This document shows, one piece after another, positions 25,063-38,503 of a stretch of DNA of 64,000 nucleotides (position 1 is the first letter of the stretch; each line of letters starts with the position of its first letter). The DNA is taken from contig NC_087249.1 of NCBI RefSeq assembly GCF_037042905.1, forward strand, positions 7,690,001-7,754,000. The letters run 5' to 3'. This stretch comes from Lytechinus pictus. Lineage: Eukaryota. Under the pieces are notes generated by a model that worked only from the letters and a program-made list of their open reading frames with translations, did not search any database and was not told the DNA's origin. The position numbers and the translations under genes were made by a program.

Positions 25063-25374
25063 GGGCCGATTGCACGAAAGGGTCTTTGCAAGGACCGTCT
25101 TTCGTGTTGCCCATTTTTTATGATGCGCCATGTGAAACGCATTTTAAATAAATTATCTGCAAAACATATTTTATTTGCCCGTTAAAATAAACAAAATCTT
25201 TGTTTATAAAATGATGTGACATCTCATGAAATTGTATAAAAATTGATTTAAAAGCAAGCTAACATATTTTATTTTTTTATCATAAATTTCAGAAATACCC
25301 TGCTTATAGCGAATCATAAAAGATGAGCGACATGAAAGACAGTCCTTGGAAAGACACTTTCGTGCAATCGGCCC
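25063..25374. mobile_element. Harbinger/Tourist-like MITE
   Basis: Perfect TIR GGGCCGATTGCACGAAAG / CTTTCGTGCAATCGGCCC. Confidence 0.8.
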
Positions 25375-25452
25375 ATGGTTTACTACATGTACTTGGTAAT
25401 GGTATTCAAGGAAATTGGTAGAACCCTTCTTCCATAGAGTTTAAAAACTTAC

Positions 25453-25528
25453 TGTTGATGACGGACTCTGTATCCGGTACACACGGGAACAACTTGTGGA
25501 ATTGCTTGTTGCGACTGTCATGTCCCAT
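25453..25528 (-). CDS. GRAMD2: GRAM domain N-terminal exon (phase 0-1, 76 nt) MGHDSRNKQFHKLFPCVPDTESVIN
   Basis: Acceptor ttattttctccttttAG, donor GTaagt; RN-xx-FHKLF-xx-VP-x-TE matches the start of GRAMD1/2 GRAM domains. Confidence 0.92.
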
Positions 25529-26127
25529 CTAAAAGGAGAAAATAAATTCATTGAATAATGTTTAGCCTCCATGTATATGTGCACATCATCCTATAAATTC
25601 ACTATTCCCCACCAACAACCTGAACAAGCATTATTCATTCTCTAAAGAAAAAAATAGCATGTTGTTTAAGCTTGTCATTCTAACAACAAGTTGTTTAAAC
25701 TTTTTTTTGTAATTGTTAAAAACTTTTTAAACAACTTGTTTAAAAAGTTTGAACAGCTGTTTCAAAATTTTAAATGGTTGTTTGAAAAGTTTAAACATCG
25801 TTTTTACGTTGTATAGGCTCTCAATTAGGCTGAGTCTGATGTTTGGAGCTAGGAGCATGCAAGTTTTCTACGTCCCCCTCCCCATAAGAAAAAAAATTAA
25901 GAAACACATTTAATCAAGAACCCAGTACAAATAACACGACAAACATAAATGAATAAATAAACTATGTTCAATCTTTGTACATAATGTTCATCAACAACCT
26001 GCATGCACACTCAATTTCCAGCTCTTGGGATAACGTTGAGCTACCATTCAATATTTGAGCTGGTAGGGGGCAAGTTTGTAAAACCAAAGCATATACATTA
26101 ATCATTTTATCATTTCAAATAAAGTAC

Positions 26128-26183
26128 CTTGTCAAAGTCTCTTTTAGCACAAAATCCTGCCATAAAGGCTCCATGCGTCTTTT
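26128..26183 (-). CDS. Possible alternative exon or short first exon (MAGFCAKRDFDK from ATG 26163, phase 0 end)
   Basis: Acceptor ttttcacccttcatcAG, donor AAG|GTactt, in frame with exon 25528; no homology support. Confidence 0.25.
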
Positions 26184-27347
26184 CTGATGAAGGGTGAAAA
26201 TTGATACTTTTGATACAAATGCAGCTCTGACTTTTCACAAGGTACCTAACATTACATCACTCTTCATGGTGATTGGCTGAATTAATTGTCCCATTTCAAT
26301 GACCAATCACACAGAAGTAGAACATCAAAAAAAAAAAAAGATGCAGTATTTTTTTTCTGACAATAGCTTGGTTCAATCGATAGATCATGGGGCTATAATG
26401 GATAGATAATATCAATGGGGAAAACAAAAGGTAACATCTAGTTTTCATTTCTTTATTTCTTTTTTTCACTAGGCAGAGGGGGTTCTCTGAGTGACTATTT
26501 TTTAAAGAGTTCAGGAGTACACTAACCTTTTTTTTTTTTGGGGGGGGGGCAGGGCACTTTTAATTTTTTGATATGCCTCTGCATATAAGCTGTTCCTTCC
26601 TTTATGCATTTATTCATTTTTTTTTCATTTGTGTATTTACTTCTTTGAGAGGCGGAGGAGCAAGTAATTTTTTCTACACCATCTGTTGAGATTTATTAAT
26701 TTCTTTGATTTTTTGGGCTGCATTTTTTTTAAATAAAGGGTTACGAGGCCTGATTTTTAATTGTATACCCCCTGATGCGCCAATTATATACCTACCTTTA
26801 TTTTCTTTATCATTATCTTTTTTTTTTTTTGGGGGGGGGGCAGGGCACTTTATTCATCACTATCTGTCAAGATTAACCAAAACTATGTTACCACTTGAAC
26901 AATACAACATATTCATATACATACATGTATATCATACATATGATACGTAAAATAATTTGCAACGGCTCGAGAAGGTTCTTGTTTAAATTTGAATTATGTA
27001 TGCCAGTCAATTTATCAACGGCGTCACTACACCCTTGCAAAACTGAAGGTCAATTAAAAAGCAAACACAAAAACCAAATAGGGAAAAACAAACACACTGT
27101 GATAACGACACCATCACGGAAAGGTTTGTTCAAACTTTTGGAATGCTGCCTGGATCGCAAAATAGCCTGTCCCAGCTCAAGTTATTCACTACTAAACTTA
27201 TAACGGCCTAAGTAACACTCAAGAAGAATGCAGGCCTAGAGTCTGGTGATGGGGATTTCCACAATCCATTATTTGACTAGATTGAAGAATTATCAAATTT
27301 AGCACAGCTAAAATTTCATTATTGGATATTTGAATTTGAGTGTTAAT

Positions 27348-27822
27348 AGGTGGTTTCAAACCGCCTCGATCATAAGAATTCCCGTTAAATCACGAGAACT
27401 TTTTAAGGCTAAAAAATACCCATTAATTATTCCTGCATTCACACCACCCTGAAACATACCCTTTGGGATAAGTTTCTGAAGTTACGAGCGTGAGCAGTAT
27501 GGTCTGATAAGCAAGCGAGGCGCGAGATTCAAAATCGCTAGCTCAGCAGCCACCCACGGAACCCGCGACAACTACACACTGGGCTAAAAGTTCCTGTAAA
27601 TTGCTTTCACATTGTCAAAATACCTGCGACCTTGGAAAAATCCCTGCGAAAGTTATCGTAATTTTGACATATACCTACTATTTAGTGGGTATTTTCTTTC
27701 GGGGAGATTACGCGTAATTTGCTTTCACATTGCCAAATTACCTGGTATTTTCTGATCGGGGTAAATTTCCCGATCAGAAAATACCTGGAACTGACGAACT
27801 TCGAGGCGGTCTGAAACCACCT
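27348..27822. mobile_element. Harbinger-like MITE with 3-bp AAT TSD
   Basis: AAT|AGGTGGTTTCAAACCGCCTCGA ... TCGAGGCGGTCTGAAACCACCT|AAT. Confidence 0.8.
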
Positions 27823-27995
27823 AATGATCATTTATCAAAGATTTTTTTTGTTGCAAAGATTTAATAACTATAATGCTAATTATATTGGATTGTTTTCATA
27901 TTCAAATTTGAATTAGACCATTAGATAAAAGAAGATACTGTAAAAATATCAATCTTTCCCGAAGGCACTTTAAACGAAAGTCTGAACACCCTTAA

Positions 27996-28579
27996 AGGAG
28001 AATGAAACTCTTGGAGCAAGTAAGCTTTTGTGAAAGCAGAAAAATCAAAGAATAAGATCAACAAAAGTTTGAGTAAAATAGGACTAGCAATAGAAGAGTT
28101 ATGAGCATTTGAATGTCGAGATCACTAATGCTATGGAGATCCTCCCATTGGCAATGCGACCAAGATCTATGATGTCACAGATGAACAACTCTCCCCTTTT
28201 GGACACTGAAAATATACCCCAAAACATCTCTTTTTGCTCATTCTAATCATATGACAAACGATTCATCAATGATATAATGTTGTGAAACCTCTGTACTTGT
28301 CCTCTCATAAAGAGAACACCTCACCTTGTGATAGACTCTATAAAAGTGAGAATATAAGTGAAATAAGTACTAAAGTAGTGAGGGAGTTGTACGTGTGTGA
28401 CATCACAGATCTTGGTCGCATTGCCAATGGGAGGATCTACATGGCATTAGTGATCTCAATATTCAAATGCTCATAACTTTCTTATTATTCATTCAATCTT
28501 CCTAAAACATTCAACAATATGTTTCTTTGATTTTTCTCTTTGATATGGATTCAGCTGGTTTCAATGGTTTCATTCTCCT
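27996..28579 (+). mobile_element. Kolobok-like MITE family B
   Basis: TTAA TSD, same TIRs and body as 9367-9948. Confidence 0.9.
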
Positions 28580-28649
28580 TTAACACTGTACAAACTATGG
28601 TGCTATTAGAGAACATCGTACACAAACCAGTCAGTGGCCTAAGAAGACT

Positions 28650-28921
28650 GGTGACACAACAATTGCTCCAGGCTCTATTTCTATTTCGCCTAATTCTATG
28701 GTAACAAACACCTTTGCAAATGCTCTACAAACAATTTTAATACATGTATAGAAATAAATGGTATGAAATCATTTGTATGGTGTTTGTTAAGATAATGTGA
28801 CCAGAGCATAAGATATGGGGTTAGGTTTTGCAATAGGGTAGGGTATAGTGTTAAATCTATGGTTGAAGTTAGTAATCAATTTGGAATGTACAGCAGGTCG
28901 CCGGAGCAACTGTCATGGAAT
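28650..28921 (-). mobile_element. AACCCT-core element, reverse orientation
   Basis: GGTGACACAACAATTGCTCC ... GGGGTTAGG...AGGGTAGGGT ... GGAGCAACTGTCATGGAA; reverse complement of the 53460-53638 type. Confidence 0.6.
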
Positions 28922-29611
28922 GAAGAGGACCAAACACTCTGGTGTTACCAAATACACCATGGTGTTTGCACACAACACAAAACAGTGTTAAAATAACATA
29001 CAGATAACACCAACTGAACTAACACCATGATTTTAAAACTGGTGTAAAATGCTTGCAGCGGTCCGCTTTGTTAGAACATCCTTTTCCAGCGTAGCCTCAG
29101 TTTCTGTCTGAAATCTTCTCCCTTATTATATTCCAATGGTGGATCAGAAATACTGCTGCAAAATCTTCCTTATATAGTGAATGCCACATCAATCATGTTT
29201 TTCAAACACTTATTCTTCAATATGAAAAGATGTTTCATCTCTCGAAATCTAAAAATAGGGCCGAGTAGAAGCATGCCAAGCAAGAATGAACAGGAGACAA
29301 AATATCACAAGGAAACATTCATTCTTGTTTTCATGTTTGAATTTGAGAACATGTACTTGGAGGAGTAAGTGCCATTTTTAGAATATGAATAGCTTTTCAT
29401 TTACAAGAAGTGTTTGGAAGGCCTTCCGTAAGGTGCAGTATAAAAAAGTATGATGTATCAAATCCTGATTCCTCATAATTCTTTATTTGTACATTTCTTT
29501 TTCTCGGTGCTATTTTAATGATTTCACATGCGTGATCATAATAAGAAAGATTTTTCTAAAAAGTACATAATTCCTGAAGACTATTGTCTAGACTTAGGGC
29601 TTTCTTTGGTG

Positions 29612-29859
29612 TATTGTCAGTTCTTGTATAGCGCATACCACATTATAAATAACATCTCTATGCGCTTCCAAAAGACTTGGATTATTACCCCGGCTGTAGC
29701 TCAAGCAGCTTGCTTCCAGCTCTCGGCATTTCAAGGAATAAATTCCTGCCAGGTACCCATTCACCTCACCTGAGTTGAGTGCAGCACAATGTGGATAAAT
29801 TTCTTGCTGAAGGAAACTATGCCATGGCGGGGATTTGAACCCAAGACCCTCTGATATCA
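29612..29859 (-). mobile_element. 5'-truncated tRNA-derived SINE
   Basis: Reverse strand has B box GGTTCAAATCC and the same central domain as 22344-22629, but a different 3' tail. Confidence 0.8.
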
Positions 29860-30570
29860 ATCAATTAAATGGATCAATAAGAGTAATCCTACTAATTACA
29901 AGCTATACATTGCATTATAATTAGAAACCTTCAAAGTCATTTTCCGGTTCCCCAAACAATTCTACAGGTAATTGATTTTTTACAATTATAGGAGCTAAAG
30001 TTTTAGCAGCAGATTAGAATTGGTGAAGGAGAATGTATTCACACTGTTTTGAAACATGAATGAATTATCATAATTCCATATGACAGAATAAAATGTTACT
30101 GCAAAAATGCAATTACTTGCTCTCTCACCAATATGCTGGTAAAAAGCTATTAAATAGAAAAAAACTTAGTGCACGGTAAAATCATTGACACATTGACATT
30201 ACACTTTTGAGGTACCGGTATTGAAAAAGACAAGAATTTGCTTTTAGTGTAATTTTTTAACCCTCTTTGAATTTTGCATTTTTCTTTTTTGGCATATTTG
30301 TGCAAAATCTAGCATAATTTCACAAGCATTTGGCATAAGTCCTTGAGTATCTACCCTCTAGCATAACTTTAGAACATGAAAAGCATAATTTTGAAAATCT
30401 AAAAATAAAATTTGACAGATTTAGCATAACTGGAACTTATATATTGAATCTATAGAATTAATGATGAAGACCTTTTTTGTCGTCTTAATGGCCAAGAGTC
30501 AAGGACCCTGTTTTTGTGTGTAAAATATATGTGTAATTGTTAGGGTTTTGTGAGAAAAAGTGTACACCTG

Positions 30571-30968
30571 GGGCCCGTCTTACAAAGAGTTGCGATTGAT
30601 CCGATCAATCGCAACTATGGAAAGTCAGCAACGTCAACATCTGAAATACACGTTTGTTCAAAATATTTTCTAGAAATGACATATTATATTCATACATTAA
30701 ATGTTTTCTTGACAATTCAGTACGCTTCTCTTTGTTTCTAAAGGACATTGAGCAAATTTCCAAAAGAAAATATGACATTGGTGGATTTCCATTTACTTGA
30801 GATTGATCGGATCAATCGTAACTCTTTGTAAGACGGGGCCCTGATTGTATGAATACACGTCATTTCTAGAAAATATTTTGAACAAACATACATTTTAGAT
30901 GTTGATGTTGCTGGCCTACCATAGTTGCGATTGATCAGATTGTTCACAACTCTATGTAAGATGGGCCC
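30571..30968. mobile_element. Family D MITE (30571-30840) followed by an inverted half-copy (30844-30968)
   Basis: Three termini of the GGGCCCGTCTTACAAAGAG type; 30844-30968 is the reverse complement of the left arm. Confidence 0.75.
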
Positions 30969-32374
30969 AGATCATGGTTACAGCATATTTTGGGGCAACA
31001 TTTCTCTGTGGCAACACTAGTTCATTACATCAGTCATATCCAATACTTCTTCTAGTTTGGCAAGCAGGTGTTACCCCTCTCTCTTCCCCTTTTGCTCTAT
31101 TTATCCCTTTACAATCAAACAAAATCAATATTTTCCAACCACATAAATGATATTATTCTTGTGTAGCATAATTCACCAACAAATGGTTTTCCCTGATTTG
31201 AATTGAAACCACATTACAATTACTGTCATATGTTTATCAGCACATTTTTGAACCACAAACCGAAATGATCAGAGACTGATCATTTGCAATCAGTGATATC
31301 TTTACTGGGTGTGACAATAGGCAATAGCATGAATGTTGACATTGCAAACCAGGGACCAGTATAGACCAAACAAAATTTGTATAAAAATTTGTTCTGTGTT
31401 TTGTAATCGAGTTTTTAATGATGATTCATGTTGCTGTTTACATTTTAAAATCAACACTGTACACACCCTAACGGACTACCGAGTGATACCATTAAAGGAT
31501 GAAATCATTAGTGTGTGAAGTAAATTTGTATCTTGAGGGCACTTCCTGACGACGAAGATGAATGGTATCACAGCTACTATAATAGACTCGGGAAAGAGGA
31601 TAGAGATTGATCCAATCAGGAGACTACTTTTTAAGACGTAATTGGACAGATATTGTACAAACATAATATCATCTTCCCATTGTATCAATGGAATAGGAAA
31701 TACATGGCTAATGAACGAAACCACAAATATCTCAATGAAATAACCACCTGAAACCATGATCATATCAAAGTATATCTATAACCCATGATATTGTGACATG
31801 CAACATTAAGAAAAAATAAAAGAGAAAACCGTATGATTTGCACTTTCATAAAACCAAATATTTGCATTATGGACTGCATTCAACCAAATAAATTATCTTT
31901 TCAGTTGATATTTTTTCTTTAAACAAAACTTGGCCATGGTTAACCGGATGCTGTTCAATCGGGATTTTCCACACTTTCGTGAAGGGGGGGGGGGGGCAAA
32001 AAAAATCTCTCACCTCCAATTTTGAGACCGCTTCATTGAAAGCCTTGGATACGGAATTACCGAAAGACTTGGATCTGAAATTAAAAAAAAAAAAAAAAAA
32101 AAATACGATAAATGGTTAAATGACTTATGTTTCTTACATGCTGTTTACATTTTAGGCCTAAAACTTTATAAAATGGTGATATGGATCCTTATCAAATGAT
32201 TGGCTGAAATACATCACATGACCCGACATTTATTTTAGCGAACGGGTAAATTTGCCAATGACTGGCACTATTGAATAGTTCTATTGCAAGGAGGATGGTA
32301 TTGTCAAAATAACAAGAATCCAAATCACTATCTTATGAAACAATACACATCATTTTGCTTAAGCATTAGATAAT

Positions 32375-32962
32375 AGGAATGCTCCGGGCTGAAGATATTT
32401 ATATCTTAATATAAAAATAGAGTAAAATTCACAGAGCAAAATGCTGAAAATTTGATCAAAAATCAGACAACAAATAACAAAGTTATTGAATTTTAAAGAT
32501 TTGCATTATTCTAGTGAAACAGTTCTAGGCATGTATTCATGAATATCCCCATTTGTTCTTTTGTATTTTATTATATGAAATTGGGTTTATTCAAAAATTT
32601 TCTACCAAGAACTAAAACAATGGAATTGAGAACTGATAAAGTGCATTAGTTATTTCTTGCTGCAACTTATTTCCTCATACAGTAATGGAGACACATCATT
32701 TACACATTTATGAAAATAATGAAATTATGATTTCATGTAACATAAGAAAAAGGAAAGTGGGGATGTGACATTGTGACATCATCAGCCCACCTAATGAATA
32801 TTCATAAAGACATGCCTAGAACTGTTTCACCGGAATAATGCAAATTTTAGATTTGAAAACTTCGTTATTTGTTATCCAATTTTGATGAAATTTTCAGCAT
32901 TTTGCACTGTGAATTTTACTCTATTTATTTAGATATAAATATCTTCAGCCGGGAGTATCCCC
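32375..32962. mobile_element. Kolobok-like MITE family C
   Basis: Long TIR CTCCGGGCTGAAGATATTTATATCT / AGATATAAATATCTTCAGCCGGGAG; right end CCCC|TTAA. Confidence 0.75.
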
Positions 32963-33066
32963 TTAATTACTCACACTTGTAACCTTTCAGAATTCAAACT
33001 GTTCAAAAGGTACCTCATTCATGTAATTCTTTCTAATCCCCTCCATGAAAGTAATCACAGACTTAA

Positions 33067-33621
33067 AGGGGAACTTTACCCTGATGAAAAGTTTGTTGAA
33101 AATATACCAGAAAAAAAAATTGGTTACGGTTTGAGAAAAATCCATTAAAGTTATTTGAATGTTAAGTTTTTGATTTTGATGTCACATACGAGCAGCTGCT
33201 CCAATATATTTTCAATAAAAAATGCATAAATTTCACATTTTTGATGTCATATCCCACTTGATCTTTTAAAATATGAAATTATGTTTATTTGAATTTTGTA
33301 CTCCAAGAATTAAAAATATTGGATTGACAACTGATTTAATGCATTATATATTCATTGCTGCAACTGATCTCTCTCTTAGAGAGACATATTACGTACACAA
33401 TATAAAAATATGAAATAATCATGATTTCATGCAATAACAGAAAATAGGAAAGTGGGGACAGGACATCTGGCCCAACTGATGAATATTATTTTAACAAAAT
33501 ATTGCTACAAATTAAAATTAAATAACTTTATTCGCTATCAGATTTTGATGAATTTTTCAGCATTTTGCTCAGTGAATGTTACTCTATTAAAATACAATTA
33601 TTTTCAGCCTGGAGTACCCCT
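33067..33621. mobile_element. Degenerate Kolobok-like MITE (family C-related)
   Basis: TTAA|AGGGGAACTT ... TTCAGCCTGGAGTACCCCT; body similar to the adjacent 32375-32962. Confidence 0.6.
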
Positions 33622-34449
33622 ATAATTTTCCCTTAAGTAAAAGTGTGTTATCTTATATCAAAATAAAGAATTAAAATATTTTAAAAATACACTACACAGG
33701 CTCAAACTTCCCAGTTGTGAAGGGATGTTTAAATCTTAAATTGAAGCCTCAAAAGAAATAAAGCTTTAAGTTCTTCCTGAAGTAAAAGGATGTTTTATTT
33801 TAAATTGTAGCCAAAGAAAATACACTGCACATTGAACAATCATTGTTTGCCAGTGCATAATATTATTTAAACAATCTGCTCTAGGAAATTAGTAATACTT
33901 TTATTGACATATACATAGTACATTACTTCACCTCCATGAATGAACTAAATGGTTTATGCGTCTACGCCGATGTCTTGATAGATGTACACAATGTTTCATT
34001 GTCCAGATGCAGTTCCCAATCAAGGAACCGATCACTTAAAGAAGCCATTTTGAACCATCCTCATAAAACACTCACTCTCAAAAAAAATTAATAACTAAAC
34101 AAATTGTATCTCAAATGGCATGCAGGAAGGTTCTCAGCAGAATATTAATTGCCAAAGTATTTTCCCAAATTGCAATGATCCTTAATCCAAGCCTTCTATA
34201 ACAAAATCAGAGGAAAAAAATAAACGGTAGCACATTGAATGCGAAGTTGTGCAACGCGGATCAAGTCCTGCCCATGTTCGTAGAATTTTTGTTCTCAATA
34301 CATCGATTCAATAATAACTATTTTGTCAGAGACGGGTTGCGGCTCTGTCAGATTCCGGCGGGTTACTTGGTGCAGAAAGGTGACTTTGTCACACTGAATG
34401 GTAGCATCAGCTGCAAATCAAAATACTAGTCCCTTCGTGAAGCCCTTGA

Positions 34450-34522
34450 CCCCACTGCCTCCTGGAACCAGGCAGTCTCAGTACAAACCTAAAGGGAATT
34501 ACAGTATCCTGCAGTCAACGGG
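34450..34522. mobile_element. Tiny piggyBac-like MITE
   Basis: ttga|CCCCACTGCCTCCTGGAAC ... CAGTCAACGGG|ttag; homologous to 47074-47145. Confidence 0.5.
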
Positions 34523-36337
34523 TTAGGATGGCAAGGAGATAATCTAAATAGTACTATCAGGATCACCAAGACTGTTCCATCGATCTTACAAGTTATCAAA
34601 GAATCATATGACAAATCCACCTGTATGAAAGACACAGGCATAGGAGTGTAGGCTCAAGCTCCAAACATGCAATATCTACTTCTAACCTAACTGATGGCAC
34701 GTGAGCACCGGAACCATCATTCAAAGAGTTTCCTTGAAGAAAGCTACCACGATTATCCTACAGAACAAAATAGGTGACTCTTGACAAATGTAGTCAGTTT
34801 ATCAAGGTGTTGCTGGCCTCCTAGGAATAAAAAAAAACACATTCATTTGATTCAAACTAGTTCATAAATCTGTCTTGCAACATTGGATTTCTGTAGTCAG
34901 AATACCACTACATGCATTGCATTACTTGAGGTACATGTACAATGTTGGACTAGCAACATAAAAAGCTGTTTACATGCTGGGTGAAATACAATTATGCATA
35001 ACAGACCACCAACAAGTGCATGCATTCAATTTGACCACAATAATGACCTATTATGGTAGAACTAGAACCAATTGAGATGCAGCCAGTTTTCTAATTATTT
35101 CCTATCCCCATAGTTTTCCATGAGCTCACAAACACAATGTAGGACCGGCCTTTCACTGTCTGAAAGAATCATGGTCATGAACACACACGGACAATTAATC
35201 CATTCAGCACTCCCCATCACTTGGCTATAAATAACGATGATGTGCAAAAGCCATTTCTCTGCCTTCTATCAAATATCACTGCGTAAACACCTGGTGTAAA
35301 TGGGCGGGGACTGCCCAGAGTGGTGTGGCGTGTAGACAGAGCAAATAGGATTCATTTACACTGGGACGGAGTCTGGCTTATGCAAATATCCAGAGCGAGA
35401 GAGTTGACAAACAGAAGGATATAACTCTCTTTTGAGCAATTATAAGAAAATAATTTGTAATGAATTCAGATCTAGAGCCCAACTAAATTCAACGTCTTAA
35501 TACCAACACTAATATTTTGTTTAATCAATCTCTAAGTTGGTTCAAATATAAACCCACCAATTGTTAAAAGTAAAACAAAGTTGCATGCAAAATGAATTTG
35601 GATTTTTTTTTCTAACCAACAGTTGGTCAGTTCATTTTTTAACCAATTTGGGGTTGATTAAAATAGATTCTGAGAGTGAATAAAGTGAAACAACACTTCA
35701 TCACATCTCAACAGATGTGCTTAAAAGAAAAGTTGAAATCCTGCCCCCCATAAAAAATATTTTAAAACCAAGAAAAATAAAGAGAAAAGGAAAGAAAAGG
35801 AAAGAGAGAAGGGTGAAATATGAAATTACATGTACATGTATTATCTTAACATTATGTCAAAATCTATCACATTTGATTTTTGTCATAAACAAAAAAAAAT
35901 GTCAAAATTTTGACTCGCTTCACTCACACGCAACTTTCTATGAATTTTGCCCGATACGCCATATTTGGCCCCCTCAAATTTTTTTTGCTTGTTATGCCAC
36001 TGATATCAAACATCACCTCTCGTAATCACTGCTTCTGGGTTGAGGCCTTATGTTGCATTGACGGTGTCAATTTATTGTCAACACTGGAAATGTGACTTCT
36101 ATTATGGAAACCATACCCAAAATGTTTGAATGTTGGTAGACAGACGTTGGTGGGCTTGTTGCTGGTATACTAGGGGATGTGTTTGAATAAAGGAAATCTC
36201 TAAGGTCAACACAAGAATCGCTCTCATCCCCGAGATACCAGTCTGATTGGATTATTAATACTCATTTACAATGGAAAGATGGTCATCAAGATCAAGTTGG
36301 TCTTCGTGAATCTCTTACCAAACGACTTAGCCTGCTC

Positions 36338-36582
36338 TCTCTAAAAATATTGGGTAAAACTGCTCCATGAGGGTAATTATGTGTCCAACGAACATTGGGT
36401 ATTTTTGGGGGGCATTTTTATTTATCCAGTGATGAATATTTTGCCCATTCTAAAGTAATTGTTGCTTAGTTTTTAACCTTACTGGACAATAATGCTTCCC
36501 GCATTGGGTAAAATACTGCCTAAAATTGGTTGGACACAAAATTACCCTCGTACTAGTTACAATTTTACCCAATATTTTTTAC
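36338..36582. mobile_element. MITE with AAAAATATTGGGTAAAA inverted arms
   Basis: AAAAATATTGGGTAAAA ... TTTTACCCAATATTTTT with internal TTGGGTA repeats. Confidence 0.6.
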
Positions 36583-37380
36583 TTCTACCCTGCAAGCATC
36601 TTTTCATCACAAATCCTAACATTTCATCACAGATAAACAACAGGGAATCTGAAGAAAAAAAAACACTGTGAAAGGTGCTTGATTGTAGGCTATATTGCCT
36701 CAATTGGGAAAGTCATCCTTCATAGCTTATGAAAAAAGTAGAATTTGCAATTTGATTTATAGGCACGTCATACAATTATAATTAGTTTGCATTATTGATT
36801 ACTTTACCGATTCAAGTCAAGCTAATTGCTATACAATCAGCAGACTAGATAATCAGGAATTTTTACATTTCAGTTCAGCTGGCACACAAATACACAAGAG
36901 TCTGTGCAAAGCTAGTGAGGGAATTCCAGTCTATATTAAGCCATCCTTTTATAAAATAGGTATTTGTTCAGATAACTCATCCTATTATTAAACTGGCATT
37001 AGAAGAAAACTGCAGAGCAGGCTTGCAAACAAATCCCATTTTCTCTTCGGGGTAAGAAATAAAACAAAAATAGAAAAGACAGCAAAATCCAACAAGATAA
37101 AAACTCCAAGATAAACTCCCAGAAAAACTTGGTCTACTCAGTTGATATGACGGTTGTAGCTCATGCATGCACATATAGCGCACGCAAAAAAATAAAATGA
37201 TACTGCCACATATTTGACATTGACCTGACCAATTGTGTGAAAATTTTGACAGTGAGTCGTCAGTCATGTGAATAAAAAATATATCAAATATTCATGGCCA
37301 GTACAGAATTCAACGGAGTAAAGTGGCATCATTAATGCTGATTTTGTTTTCCTTGTATAAAGTATCTAATATAGACTAAC

Positions 37381-37408
37381 CTGGACTCTTGTCTTCCGCT
37401 TGCATCCT
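37381..37408 (-). CDS. Candidate 28-nt linker exon (phase 2-0, xGCKRKTRVQ); an alternative in-frame acceptor gives 46 nt (37426)
   Basis: Strong donor CAG|GTtagt; restores frame between the phase-2 first exons and phase-0 exon 25528; acceptors weak, reading frame ambiguous. Confidence 0.45.
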
Positions 37409-38503
37409 CTGCAATAATTACAGGATCTACAAAGGTATGCTCAAGCATGTGTTTCATCACAACTTAATCACTTCTTTCCCCATCGTACAAACAGTCGATT
37501 GCAGAATTCATACAAAAGCCAACGCATTTCGCCAACGTCAACAAACGCAGGACATCTTGCATAAGAGTCCGCTGCAGTGATCCCGATTCCCAGGTGATAT
37601 CATATACCATACCCCATACAAACTGTGCTTAGTTTAATCTTTTATGGCATGGAGTGTTTTAATGGACCGTCGGCATTGTTTGCATAACTGTCAAGAGCGT
37701 ATTCAGGCTGACTACACAAGAATAAAACATGTTCCAATCCGCAATTCCATGACAGTGCACTTTTTCTGACAATTAGCCGGCGAGTTCATAATTCTGGAGG
37801 TTAAGTCTCCAGGTTTCCCACATAAAGTAGTGTTATTGAAAGGCAATTATGCATTTATGGCTGTACAACATGTTCCTATTGAGTAGAAATACTATTAGTG
37901 GTAACTGTTGAGGTCCGCGTAAATAAGAAAGGATGAATGCAAACTGGTGGTAACAATTCCCCGCTCTCATTCACTTTCATTGTTGCATAACCCCCATACA
38001 CCCTGGGAGAAAATAGTCTGTGGATTCCAGAATTCATTCCAGAGTTAAATGCAGAAAACACATCATTTTTCTAATTACATGAATAATCATCCTTATGCTG
38101 CAGACTAGATGTAATATGTTTTTTATATGGAATCACACGGTTCTTCCACCATGATGCTCCTCTCTAGAGTTATCATAACAATCTATTTCAAGAAGAAAAG
38201 TGTCTGTAAAATAAGACTAACAGTAAATAATGTTGCACAGGGAGATGTCACTGGATACCAATCAATACATTTACATGACAAAGAAAATTTGTCATCTATA
38301 GTTAGAATGATATAGAAAGGCAGTGTTCATTTTGCATGCAAGATAATTACATGGCTGCCAATTAAAAAATTACCAACTAATAAAATCAAAGCAGAGGTGA
38401 AAGATTCTTATAAAATAAACATCTTCAGCATTCCGAGTTTCTTGAATATAAATCTAGTATAAGCTTAGTTTTAGCAAACATTGGATTCAATAATGAGTTA
38501 GGC

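Noticed and set aside
26528..26850. Direct repeat poly-T/poly-G-CAGGGCACTTT about 290 bp apart
   Set aside because: Mostly homopolymer; too little complexity to interpret
28282..28476. Repeated 64-aa ORF (also 46462-46656)
   Set aside because: It lies inside family B MITE copies, so the similarity reflects the repeat; no transposase motifs
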